From: Piedraia hortae CBS 480.64
Taxonomy: Eukaryota
Assembly (NCBI GenBank): GCA_010093745.1
Contig: MU005982.1
Coordinates: 186,001 to 215,366 of the forward strand
Reading direction: 5' to 3'
DNA length: 29,366 nt
Made by a program: the position numbers and the translations under genes. This document shows positions 1 through 9,670 of this stretch, piece by piece. Each line of letters opens with the position of its first letter. Within the stretch, counting starts at the first letter, position 1. Below the pieces are notes generated by a model, which made no database searches, was not told the DNA's origin, and was given only the letters and a program-made list of their open reading frames with translations.

Positions 1-318
1 ACACGACTGAGTCACCATGGCCTGCAAACTGTGCAAAACGAGAGTTCACCGGCATTGGGCTGGCCTGGGCAAAGTTTAACGATGCAAAAGCAACCCTGAG
101 CCGTAAGCAGTCAATCCTGGCAAAAACCAGCCCTAACAACCACGCAACCCAAGTGGAGCGTCATCCATGGCTGATAGCCACGCCCCTGGACTGCAGGCGG
201 GATCTCCCCGTCGTGCCTGTGATACAGCGTCGATGGGATTATGCGGCTGCAGGGAATCAAACCCTCTTTCTTGGATGCAGGCACTTGATTCGCCTATTGA
301 TTTACTTTGTTCAATCCA

Positions 319-1016
319 TTACGACTGCCGCTTTAAACGCTCATTCAGCCGCCGCTTCCCTCGTCGCGTCTCGAAATGTGAGGGAATGGTGCTTGGCTCT
401 TGTTCCTGTGACAACATGACCTCACGCAACTTGTTCCTGTATGCGTCCACTTCCGAGAACGTCAGCCGCGGCCGCAAGCCAAGGGGTGGGAAGAAAACCT
501 ACGGGATCGCTGCAAGAACAGTGTCCGGCCGTTGAAAATCCGTACCTGACCCCAGGATATGCGATAGCCCATCTCGTTTAACGCCATCTCCTCCTGCCTT
601 CGCCGCTTTGTCATGCGCGGAACCGACACCGCGGTCTGACCCCCGACGGGTAGCATTACCGACACTGTGGTTTGACGCCGAACACAGGGTTTACTTTCAT
701 CGTCCGCATTCCCAGCTCCAGGGTTGGAAGCCACCTCATCATCGTCATTATCCCAACACTTGGGTCTCCCTGGCGAGTCGGAAGGCGATCGCATCTGGCG
801 CGGGTAAAATGTGCGCGGGTACACTGAGTTCAGGCGCAGGTGCGAGTCCGGCATGTCGTCCATCTTGACGTTATCCAGCGTGGCCCGCACTCGCACTCGC
901 ATGTTGCGTTGCAAGTCATCCACGATGATAAACTTGCGCCGCTTCGATGGCGTCAGGTCGCCGAAGAGGAGACGCGCCGTCGCTCGATCCTCCCCAGTCT
1001 CGGCTAGCTCATCGGG
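319..1016 (-). CDS. C-terminal half of the same conserved fungal protein (second copy of the domain)
   Basis: Frame of ORF 462..1133 gives KRRKFIIVDD..RVRVRATLDNV..NSVYPRTFYPRQM..EMALNEMGYRISW..FLQRS. Intron 450-502 (GTAGGT..GCTGAC..AAG) continues it as LDAYRNKL..HFETRRGKRRLNERLKRQS, ending at TAA 321-319. A candidate acceptor CAG lies at 1019-1017, but the 5' boundary is uncertain. Confidence 0.75.
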
Positions 1017-1338
1017 CTGGTGGCTCGGTGATTGAGCATCGTTGCCTCCTCTTACCGACGCCGACTCCATTAAGGGCCGCTGGGTGGCCTTTCGCCTTCG
1101 TAACGCCCAAAGATCTTCCCCACAACCCCGCACCCCGCATTCCCCGCAACACGTCTTTATCCCTGCACAGCCTCCCTGTTGACAGCCATCAGCAACCCGG
1201 CACTGGAATCACACCCCTGCTCAAGACATTGACCCTGCTCACTAACATCACGACTTAGATACTGGAACAGACACGACTTTTTAAGATACAGACGAAGCTG
1301 ATAATCTACGTAATAATGCACAGTAAATATACACCAGC

Positions 1339-2946
1339 CTATGACCGACTATGGGTCAAATACTGCGGCTGCTGGTTCGCGATTGGAGACCAGCCCGGGC
1401 CGATTGACGTTGGTGGAGCTTCGCTCCTCATGGCGGGACTGGGGACAGCCGCCACAGTATATGGCAAATTCTGTGTCTGAGCCATTGCAGCTTGTCTCTG
1501 ATTTAACTTCGCCTGGCGCCGCACTCTCCGGCTGCGCAATCGTGGATCCTGGTTACTGTTACGCCAACTGTCGACGGCCCGCTGAATAAGACCGCGTTTG
1601 TCGCGTAAGTTAGGATTCAGCTTCGCCAGGGCCCAGCCAACCGAATTGCACTCCGTCTCATAGACGCGTCGGTTACCCTTGTAGTGGACCTTGTACGCGC
1701 GCGGGTACACGCAGTTGTTGGATTTGAACTCATGGCTGAGTTCGTCGACGTTGACAGACTCCACATCGCAGCGAATCGTGTACTCGTGCTTGACGCGATC
1801 GCGAGAGTATTCAAACGCGATCCATTGTACGCCATTGTCGTCCTGTCGCACAACAAGAGGAGTGGTTGCGGGGATAGGGCCCGGAGCCGGACCAGATCCA
1901 TGCGCGTTGGACATGGCGCGCTGCAACGGTTTAGCCTCAATGCTCCGGTTCCGGGGACGAGCTTGCCCATTGCCGTCCTGCTGGTGCTGTGATGTCGGCG
2001 TTTGTTGCGAATGTTGTCGTGTTTGCGGCTGTTGCTGTTGCTGCTGCTGGGGAGCCTGCTGCTGCTGGTGCTGTGACTGCGGTTGAGACTGCTGTTGCTG
2101 TTGCTGGTGTTGGTGATTCTGGGGCTGCTGGGGCTGATGTTGATGTTGGTGATGCTGATGGTGCGGAGGTGGAAGTTGCTGCAGTGGCTGTGGTGGCTGC
2201 GGTTGGAGATGCTGATGCGGGGACTGCAGAGGAGATCGGTGTGTTTGCTGCATGTGCGACGGGTGAGGCGTCGGCAGCGATGGTGGATGCTGTGCCTGGG
2301 AGATGGCCGGAAGATGCGTCATCAGCATGCCTGGAGCCGATGTGATGCTCGGGTGCGAGCTGTACGGCGATGGGGGGTGCATCTGGTAATGCTGATAGTA
2401 TGCCATGGGAGGCATAACAAACAGCGGTCTCCCATGCGCATCCGTGTGCGGCGAATGGAGAGCTGGAGACCCCGGCTGCGGGCCCTGGTACGTGGTGATG
2501 GGCGGATATGCTGGACGACCAAGGCTAGGCGCAGCCATGCTGTCGGGCGCTTCTGATACCGATTAGCGACGCCGTGCGACCAACGATATCCAGGTCGACG
2601 TACCGCTATAGCTGCCAGGGGCGCTATGATTGCTATACTGGCTGGGGTGTGCTGCGTAAAACGACTCGGCAGCGTGGTGAGGGATATATGTGGACTGCTG
2701 CGGCGGCGGCGGTTGATGCTGCTGGGCCAAGACCTGCGGTGAGTTGGGGCGGTGTGGTTGGAGACGCGACACGTGCGGCGGTGGGAGGCCGCCGGAGAGA
2801 TTCTGTTCTCGTCAGCAGGGTTCGCGAGCCATTTGTTTGCTGTCAGAGACTGCCGGAGCATTTGGACGCTGGCGCGGGCGGCGTACATGACGCAGTGCAA
2901 CGGCGCATCGTGCGTGCGTCGTGCAGCTGCTGTGGACCTTGCCCAT
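1339..2946 (-). CDS. Conserved fungal protein of unknown function, N-terminal half (Gln/His/Pro-rich region plus conserved domain, recalled as DUF8032-like); probably one gene with the 319-1016 half
   Basis: ORF 1339..2538 contains PATTPLVVRQDDNGVQWIAFEYSRDRVK..YTIRCDVESV..NCVYPRAY..ETECNSVGWAL..KRGLIQRAVDSWRN. Two canonical introns extend it upstream in frame: 2553-2603 (GTACGT..GCTAAT..CAG) and 2803-2886 (GTACGC..GCTGAC..CAG). The candidate ATG at 2946 is tentative. The family name is from memory. Confidence 0.8.
1975..2230 (-). repeat. Coding low-complexity CAG/CAA/CAT-rich tract (polyQ/H/P)
   Basis: Runs of gct/gtt/gat triplets on the + strand translate as HQHHQHQHQPQQPQNHQHQQQQQQSQPQSQHQQQQAPQQQQQQQPQ. 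Confidence 0.9.
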
Positions 2947-3873
2947 CCAGGCTAGTCGCTGTCCACTGCAGCCTCTTAACCCAATGGAGAAATAAAACGA
3001 AAAGCAACAAGGAAAAAAGGAAAAAAAAAAAAGAGACATACCATGTCGCCCAGGGACAGGGAATGCGGCTGTCAGGACTGGGGGGCCTGGCGGCTGATGA
3101 GGCTGACAGGTGGGCCGATGTGCGACGGGGGAAAAAAGGTCGGGAGTGAAAAGTCGATCAAGGGCAGGACGCGGAGGTAAATCCGCTATGCTTTGGGCAG
3201 AGATGACGAGCGCGTCCAAGATGTGGTGCGCGTTGTGTATCAAAAACGAACGGAAGAGAAGCGGTACGACCACCCAAAAAAAAGCGCCAAAAACTCAGCT
3301 ATGGACCCGAGCCGTGCCTTATACCAGACCAAGGCCAGACCGGGCCCGCATGCTGCCGGGCCGTGGCGACAGGCGGTGTCGGCGGTGCGCGAGGCAGGAG
3401 ATTGGCAGGCCCATGCACCAAGGCGGGGCCGGCGTCCCCGGCATGGCGCCCGTTTACGTTTCACCCGTCTGTCAGACAATACGGTGGCAGTTTACGTCGA
3501 GCTGCATGCAGCTCATTCGGTTGGTGTTTCATCAATGTTGGTCAAGAGACTCATCAACTTCTATACGTCATCCAGCCAGGTGCTGTCAATTGCCCATCAA
3601 AATTTTGCCATGCGGCTGCTAGCCAGCGTGACACCCATCAAAATCCCCATCAACCTTCCCGTCCCGACTATCCGCTACAACCGCAGCGATCCGCCTGCCT
3701 GGTTGCCTCTTTTGTCTCCTATCTCCTGCCGACGCCTCGTCTCACAGTAATACCGATGAAGAATCACGGCACTGAATGCCAGACTCAGGGCGAGACCCTG
3801 CCGGGTCTTGAGGGAAGCACCGCCACGCCTCAACGGCCGCCACCGAGCGCCACAAAACAAGGCGATTGTTGCA

Positions 3874-3890
3874 TCACGTGACTTCACGTG
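3874..3890. promoter_or_regulatory. Two tandem E-boxes (TCACGTGA, TCACGTG) 10 bp apart; possible bHLH sites
   Basis: Sequence tcacgtgacttcacgtg lies about 0.9 kb upstream of the minus-strand gene. Function is inferred only. Confidence 0.3.
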
Positions 3891-5384
3891 TACCTTTTAC
3901 GCCCCGCATCTGCATCCCGCCCGTTCGCTTCCAACTGTCCCTCGTGATACGTCGTCGTCAGCTCTCTGAGCCGCACCCTGTCACGCGCCTCTCGTCTCTG
4001 TATCACCGTTGCGGCTGCCTGTTCGTGCGGCTCATTGAGCTTCGTAGATTTGAGTGGGTCCAGTCGTCGCCTTTGCGCGACGTCCGATTCGCCTGGAGCA
4101 TTCTATGTCCAGTCGATCATCCCCAGCAGATCCCGGTTTCCGACAATAGACAGACATTCAGTGGCAACGGCAACTGGTGGCAACTGCATTGGCTCTGTTC
4201 ATTCGACGAGTCATTTCGGTGAATTTTAATTTGCCCGAATATCGCCGTCCAATCACGATGACCTGTCCGCCTGTTCTGTAGCTGCACCATGCCGTAAACG
4301 GAGGAACCTCTAACGTTTTTTTACGCGTTGACGTTGATCGGGTTTTCAGCTGGGCAGTGGGAACCTTACCAACTGTGTGATCGGCCCCCTGTCTGAATGA
4401 CTTTTGCACCGTCATTGCATGGGCTACCTGGGAAAAGCTTGCAGCTCAGCTCTCTGTCGACGATTGACCTAGACTAATTCCACTTCAACCTGTCGCAATG
4501 CTTCTACCCTTTTCGGACTTTTCATAGGTCACTGAATGATCCAACCAGGTGGATCGTCATTGATTTTCAGATCCCATGTTGAATCCTTTTCCCCTGCCCG
4601 AAACAATCCTGCTAGGCGGATCAAACAAGACGCTGCCCAACAATGATCGTTCTGCATCGAATGCATGCAAGCAATGAAGTAAGTAGATCGAGTCGGGAGC
4701 GAGTCTATGCTGGTCCACCATTGATGAAAGTTCCATTTTACAGTGCCGCCTTCCGAGTCCACAGTGCTGACCTTCAAGAGGCCATTCATCACCTGCAGGA
4801 AGATATCTGGGATCTCTCATCGTTACTGCGCCAAACAATCTGGTTGAAACCGCATGGCCATCTATCTCAGAGACGCAATAACCCGAATATGTCACTGGCG
4901 ATCTACTCCAAACTCCCCACTAAACGAGATCACAGTTTCCATTCCTTTCCTCTTTGCGGAAGCAGCAATCGGATAGGTACCTTTCTTGATATCTACCATC
5001 CATCATCATATTCCAACGACCAGCATAACACCTACCACGTGATGTTCCTGCATTAAGCCAGTACCACAGCTATATACGTCGTTGATAAAGTACACGTTAG
5101 CATGTCAGCTCCGCCATCAGTTTCTGATCATGTATGTGCGTGCATGAGGCTTCTGCCACAACTATACCAGACGTTGATATAGTTCCACAAATGACTGTCA
5201 AACTCGTCCGACATGTAACATCCAGCCTTTCCCCTCACTTCACTACAGGACAAGGGGTTTGTTTACCCTCTGCAACTCCGCGAGATCATCACCCCGCGCA
5301 ATCGACTGAACGATGTCCACCTCCACCCTCCCAAAAGCCACATCCAATTTTCTTCCAACCAATTGTTTACAAACTACCTAGCTT

Positions 5385-8300
5385 TTAACCCATCCTTAGA
5401 GCCATCTCCCTAAATCCCTGCGGTACGGCCCACCCATGGGTCTCACAAGACCTTAGGTATCCCTCCGCGGCCTCTTTAACCCCGTAATCCGAGCCTGCGA
5501 CTCTATAATCCAGCCTCGCGGGGGGATGGCTCGCAATCGCCATCCTCACTTGCATCAAAACACTCTCCATGCTCATGGCGCTGGACCATCCCGAGTTTGT
5601 CAAGAGTTCCATGCATAGCGCTCCACCGATTACCACGTGGCCGCCTCCGCCTTGAGCGAGCGGCAAGAGACGGGGCCGGATGACGCGGATGTAGGGCGGC
5701 GACCAAGGGTAGTCTTTGTTGAATCGTAGCTCGAGGACGATGCTTCGTATGCCTGCGCTGGACATGTCTTTTACCAAAGCGAGATTGGGGTCCAGGAGGT
5801 GGAAGCTGTGCAGTTCTACGATCCATTGGTACACGTTGTTCAGATTGGTGGTGTCCATATACCATCCTAGGTCGCCAAGGGAGGGGCTTTCGCTTTGGAG
5901 TTTGTTGAGGATTTGGATCTGGCGCATTAGCTGTTTAGTTGTTTGGGGGGAGGCGTAGGTTGGTAAGGGGAGAATTGGAAGGGTTGATAGGTCGAGGGTT
6001 CCTGGGATGAAGTCCGTCTTGGAGTTGGGATGCGGTTGGGGTTGGGAAGGCGGGAGGCTGTCGGGGTCTGGTTTCAAGAGAGCGACGTCTTCAGGTAGGG
6101 TCGTGTCGCTGGATGCACTCAGTGAGCGGGAACGAGTGATTATTTGCTTCAAGTTGAGCCATCTCGAAATCCTTTCTTTGCTGCTATGGCTGCAACTGGA
6201 TGTGATGGTGATTGAGGGGATGCTGATCGACCCGTTGAGTCCTATTGGTGTATGGCTAGGATCTTGAGGGTACGAAACTGGATTGGGCTGGAAATTGTCT
6301 GGCATTCTCAAGGCATCGCTTCCGCACCGGACAAAGAGATACCGCACCTGGATCCAGTCAAGATGCTGCACGACGTAGTATGGCTCGTTGCGTTCGAATT
6401 CGTTTGGAGCGTTGACGAGCTCGTTCAGAGCCAATGCGGCTTGCACCTGCAGCTCTGAGGATGGCCAGGTTATATCCGTGCGTCCGTGGCAGTAGGTCAG
6501 GGACGTAGCGGCATCCCGTGCATGATACACCCCGTTGCCGTAGGTGCGGCCGTGGGAAATACGTAGGTAATTGAGGCCCTGGCGCAGAATCATGTGCCAG
6601 TTGAAAAGTGGACTACCATGGAAGGCAAACATGGTCGGATAGCGCAGGGACAATCGCTGAGCCGTCCGGTTTACTTCCTGGGCAAACCGATGCTCCTTGT
6701 CGGGGGCGCCCATTGCGATCCTGAACTGTTTCCATCCGACCATGCCTGCAATCTGCTCCTGTTGCTGTCCAGTGGCTGCAGTGCCAATCTCCATGATACA
6801 AGCCCGGTTTGTCGCCAGAATCCATCGCAGCACAGTCAACACGCTCGGCGAGATGCGCGTTGTCCACCGCTTCAGCATCCCTCCAGGCGCATTTGTTCGC
6901 AAATATTCCTGCATGGCCGTTATCGACGGCAGCGTGCGTAACAGTGAGGAGATGCTTTTGCATTTGTCTGTCTGGTTCATCTGATCAAAATCAACCTCAT
7001 ATGGCGCCAACTTGGCGGCTGCCCTTTTGAAGTATGTCATCTTTACGTGCTTCTCCAACGTCGGCGTATCAAATATGATGGTGGGATACGAAGAAGTGTC
7101 GATGATTCTGCAATGGACATCGTATACGGACTGGAAAATGTTTACCCAGCTGCCCTCCTTAATGGGCCACTGTCGAGCACCAGTTTTGACGAACGTAAAC
7201 CTTTCTTGGGGCATGTCAAGAGTGATCTCATACATGTTTTCCGTTCCGGTTACTGACGGTACCAGGATGCCCATCTGGTCGGGAAAGAGTTGCAGCGTAA
7301 AGCCCTTGGCACTGGCGTAGCAAACGGAGATCAACAGGTCCACAACATTGGGCTGCGTCATGATCTCATGTTCAATGTTGGAGCCTAAATCCAGTGCAAC
7401 GTATTGATACAGGCAAATGGCCTGATCACAAACGTACGGCTTGATCGACTCATGGTCCGGATTGATTCTGCGATGGCAAACACTGCAGTAGGCGGTGCAC
7501 CGGACGAAACGTCGGACAACAAAGCGCATAGCCGTCAGCGGGAACGAAATGGACAGATCTTCGGTATCATCACCACGGACAATCGTCGGTTTCTCGTCCT
7601 TCATCGCCAGGTATCTGGACAGATGTGCGTTGGTGATATCTGCCCCAGCTTCCAGCTGATAGTCTTGAAAACATGCCTCCGCTCCCCTCCAGCTAAGTTC
7701 TTTCTTGCGTAAACGCACCATGATCAGGAAAAGATCTTTCAGAAGATTGTTCAGCGATCGGGAAAAGAACATCTCTGCTAGATCGTCGTCTCCCGGCTCA
7801 GGCTGAGCCTCCTGTGAAGCTCCGTTTTGAGCCTGCCCATATGCCCGCATTGCATGTGCCCATGTCTTGGGTCTGTAACGTTTGGAGACAAAAACTCGCA
7901 TGTCTACATACAATGGACCAAGTCTAAGCAGGTCGTCCATGTTTTTGTAGCCTTCTGGGTAGAGCAGCATCAATATCAGATACCTCTGCGGATCCATTTG
8001 CCAGGCCCGCAGGACCTCTTCAGTAAGACCGAGCCTGGCCACGCGGATAGAGACGGCCACAAACGCCTTGACATTATGCAATATGTCTCCCAGAGCACCG
8101 ACCTTATAGCCTGCATCCCGCACGGCACGAAGGTCGGACCGTATGCGTGCATGAATGGTTGGATGATTCGTTTCACGGTCCGTGCGGTCGCTTTCGTGCT
8201 CAAAGAGGGCATCGTTGTCATTGGCTTCTTCCTCGTCTTCGGATGAACTCTCTGATTCACTTCCGCCGAGCATATCTACGTCTCGGTCAGGTTCTACGGA

Positions 8301-8624
8301 CCACTTGTGCAACGCTCTGCCGACCATCTCGATCAGTTGCCCAACCGTCTTGCTCTGTGTTCCTCGCAAATTTTGCAAAACCCCGCCGATGTCATCGTGA
8401 GAGTCGTCTTTGGCATAGATCATATATTCATGATTTTTGGGGTAACTGTCTAGTTGTGGGATAAAGGCAGTTATTGTGGTTGGGGTACCAGTCTGCCCCA
8501 CTGGACTAAAAGTAAACTCCAGCTCGCCGTCATCATCGCCTTGTTTAATGCCGTGGATGCCGACTGGAGCATTGCCGCTAGCTTTGGCCTTTTCCAGATC
8601 AGCTAGAAACTGGCGTCGTGGCAT
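5385..8624 (-). CDS. Fungal PARP-domain/ubiquitin-conjugating enzyme fusion (PARP6/8/16-like mono-ADP-ribosyltransferase plus C-terminal UBE2Q-like E2)
   Basis: Uninterrupted 1079-aa ORF. PARP motifs: FHGS (6623-6612), HGRTYGNGVYHA, PYYVVQHLDWIQVRYLFV. PARP6/8-like Cys cluster: YCSVCH..KPYVCDQAICLYQY. UBC domain: IVLELRFNKDYPWSPPYIRVIRPR..GGHVVIGGALCMELLTNSGWSSAMSMESVL, with the catalytic Cys codon at 5615-5613. Confidence 0.93.
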   Translation of the reverse strand: MPRRQFLADLEKAKASGNAPVGIHGIKQGDDDGELEFTFSPVGQTGTPTTITAFIPQLDSYPKNHEYMIYAKDDSHDDIGGVLQNLRGTQSKTVGQLIEMVGRALHKWSVEPDRDVDMLGGSESESSSEDEEEANDNDALFEHESDRTDRETNHPTIHARIRSDLRAVRDAGYKVGALGDILHNVKAFVAVSIRVARLGLTEEVLRAWQMDPQRYLILMLLYPEGYKNMDDLLRLGPLYVDMRVFVSKRYRPKTWAHAMRAYGQAQNGASQEAQPEPGDDDLAEMFFSRSLNNLLKDLFLIMVRLRKKELSWRGAEACFQDYQLEAGADITNAHLSRYLAMKDEKPTIVRGDDTEDLSISFPLTAMRFVVRRFVRCTAYCSVCHRRINPDHESIKPYVCDQAICLYQYVALDLGSNIEHEIMTQPNVVDLLISVCYASAKGFTLQLFPDQMGILVPSVTGTENMYEITLDMPQERFTFVKTGARQWPIKEGSWVNIFQSVYDVHCRIIDTSSYPTIIFDTPTLEKHVKMTYFKRAAAKLAPYEVDFDQMNQTDKCKSISSLLRTLPSITAMQEYLRTNAPGGMLKRWTTRISPSVLTVLRWILATNRACIMEIGTAATGQQQEQIAGMVGWKQFRIAMGAPDKEHRFAQEVNRTAQRLSLRYPTMFAFHGSPLFNWHMILRQGLNYLRISHGRTYGNGVYHARDAATSLTYCHGRTDITWPSSELQVQAALALNELVNAPNEFERNEPYYVVQHLDWIQVRYLFVRCGSDALRMPDNFQPNPVSYPQDPSHTPIGLNGSISIPSITITSSCSHSSKERISRWLNLKQIITRSRSLSASSDTTLPEDVALLKPDPDSLPPSQPQPHPNSKTDFIPGTLDLSTLPILPLPTYASPQTTKQLMRQIQILNKLQSESPSLGDLGWYMDTTNLNNVYQWIVELHSFHLLDPNLALVKDMSSAGIRSIVLELRFNKDYPWSPPYIRVIRPRLLPLAQGGGGHVVIGGALCMELLTNSGWSSAMSMESVLMQVRMAIASHPPARLDYRVAGSDYGVKEAAEGYLRSCETHGWAVPQGFREMALRMG

Positions 8625-9670
8625 AGCTGCGATGTGAATAAGGTAAAAGGAATGGTGATCGCCAAAAATTTAGCACAAAGAAGCTGATGGTTGGATTGGG
8701 TTGATGCAAATCTCACGATTAGTTATGCTGAAACAAAGTGTGGTTGCCAAGACGCTCAAACTTCTTGTAGAGCAGTGCAGAAGAGTGGTCAGTGCACAGC
8801 AACATTTCATTGTTCGCCACGTCAAAAGTCACCGCGTTGACACCTTTCTCAGTGGAAACCGCGATGATGCAGCATGAGTGAGTGTCCAGTAGAATCGATT
8901 GTTAGACAAGTGCTGGGTCAGTCATTGGTACTAGCACTGGCACCGACATGCACTGACCGGTACATGCCAAAGTCTACAAAGCGATGTGTGGCTCTGCACA
9001 AAGTTTCCCCGCGCAGACACACTTATTCCAGTTGTACCCGAACACGCATTTCCTCGAGGTTAAGCTCAAACGGGGAGCTTTCGTGCACACTACAATTAAT
9101 CCTTGAATACTCGCCTATAAGGTCACTTTCTACGCCTCATGGACATGTAATTCCAATAAAGTTCCAGTGACACCGATCTCTTCGCCTTCGCCCTGCCCAA
9201 CTGCAAGGCTGCCGGCCCGTGCCGTTCACTACGGCCCGTCCCGCTTGACAGACAGGGAACGTCAGACCTCAGATGCATTCAAGCATACTAGCTGCTCAGA
9301 AACAACCTTGGGCGGATCGCTCATGGCACGTTGATGGCAGAACTACCTGGAAATATAATTCATACCCACGAGCCTCTCCCAACGGCTGCCAATGATTGCG
9401 TTGATCCCTGTCCAGGGTGAGATATGCGGGGCATTGCGCCCTGCACTAATATCCCTGGACGATGACGCAAGCCATAGCCTACCCACAAGTGAACAGTAAT
9501 GTCGGGGATCGTTACATGAAGATTAACCAACACTATGAGTCAGGGATAGGCGGCCATGATTGCCTCAGCCTGAATTTATCAGATGCTTTTCCAACGGAGA
9601 CTCAATTGTGCATCACCAACTTCCAAACTCAATACCTACGAACTACAATTAACAGGGGAAGCCAGCAATT
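8625..9670. promoter_or_regulatory. Shared divergent intergenic region, possible bidirectional promoter
   Basis: 1046 bp between the two divergent start codons, with no convincing ORF. Confidence 0.5.

Noticed and set aside
1989..2556. Plus-strand Leu/Val/Ala-rich ORFs
   Set aside because: Antisense shadows of the polyQ coding tract.
3110..5388. Many overlapping 60-185 aa ORFs between the genes
   Set aside because: No recognisable motifs or consistent strand; treated as intergenic, although an old pseudogene at about 4-5 kb cannot be excluded.
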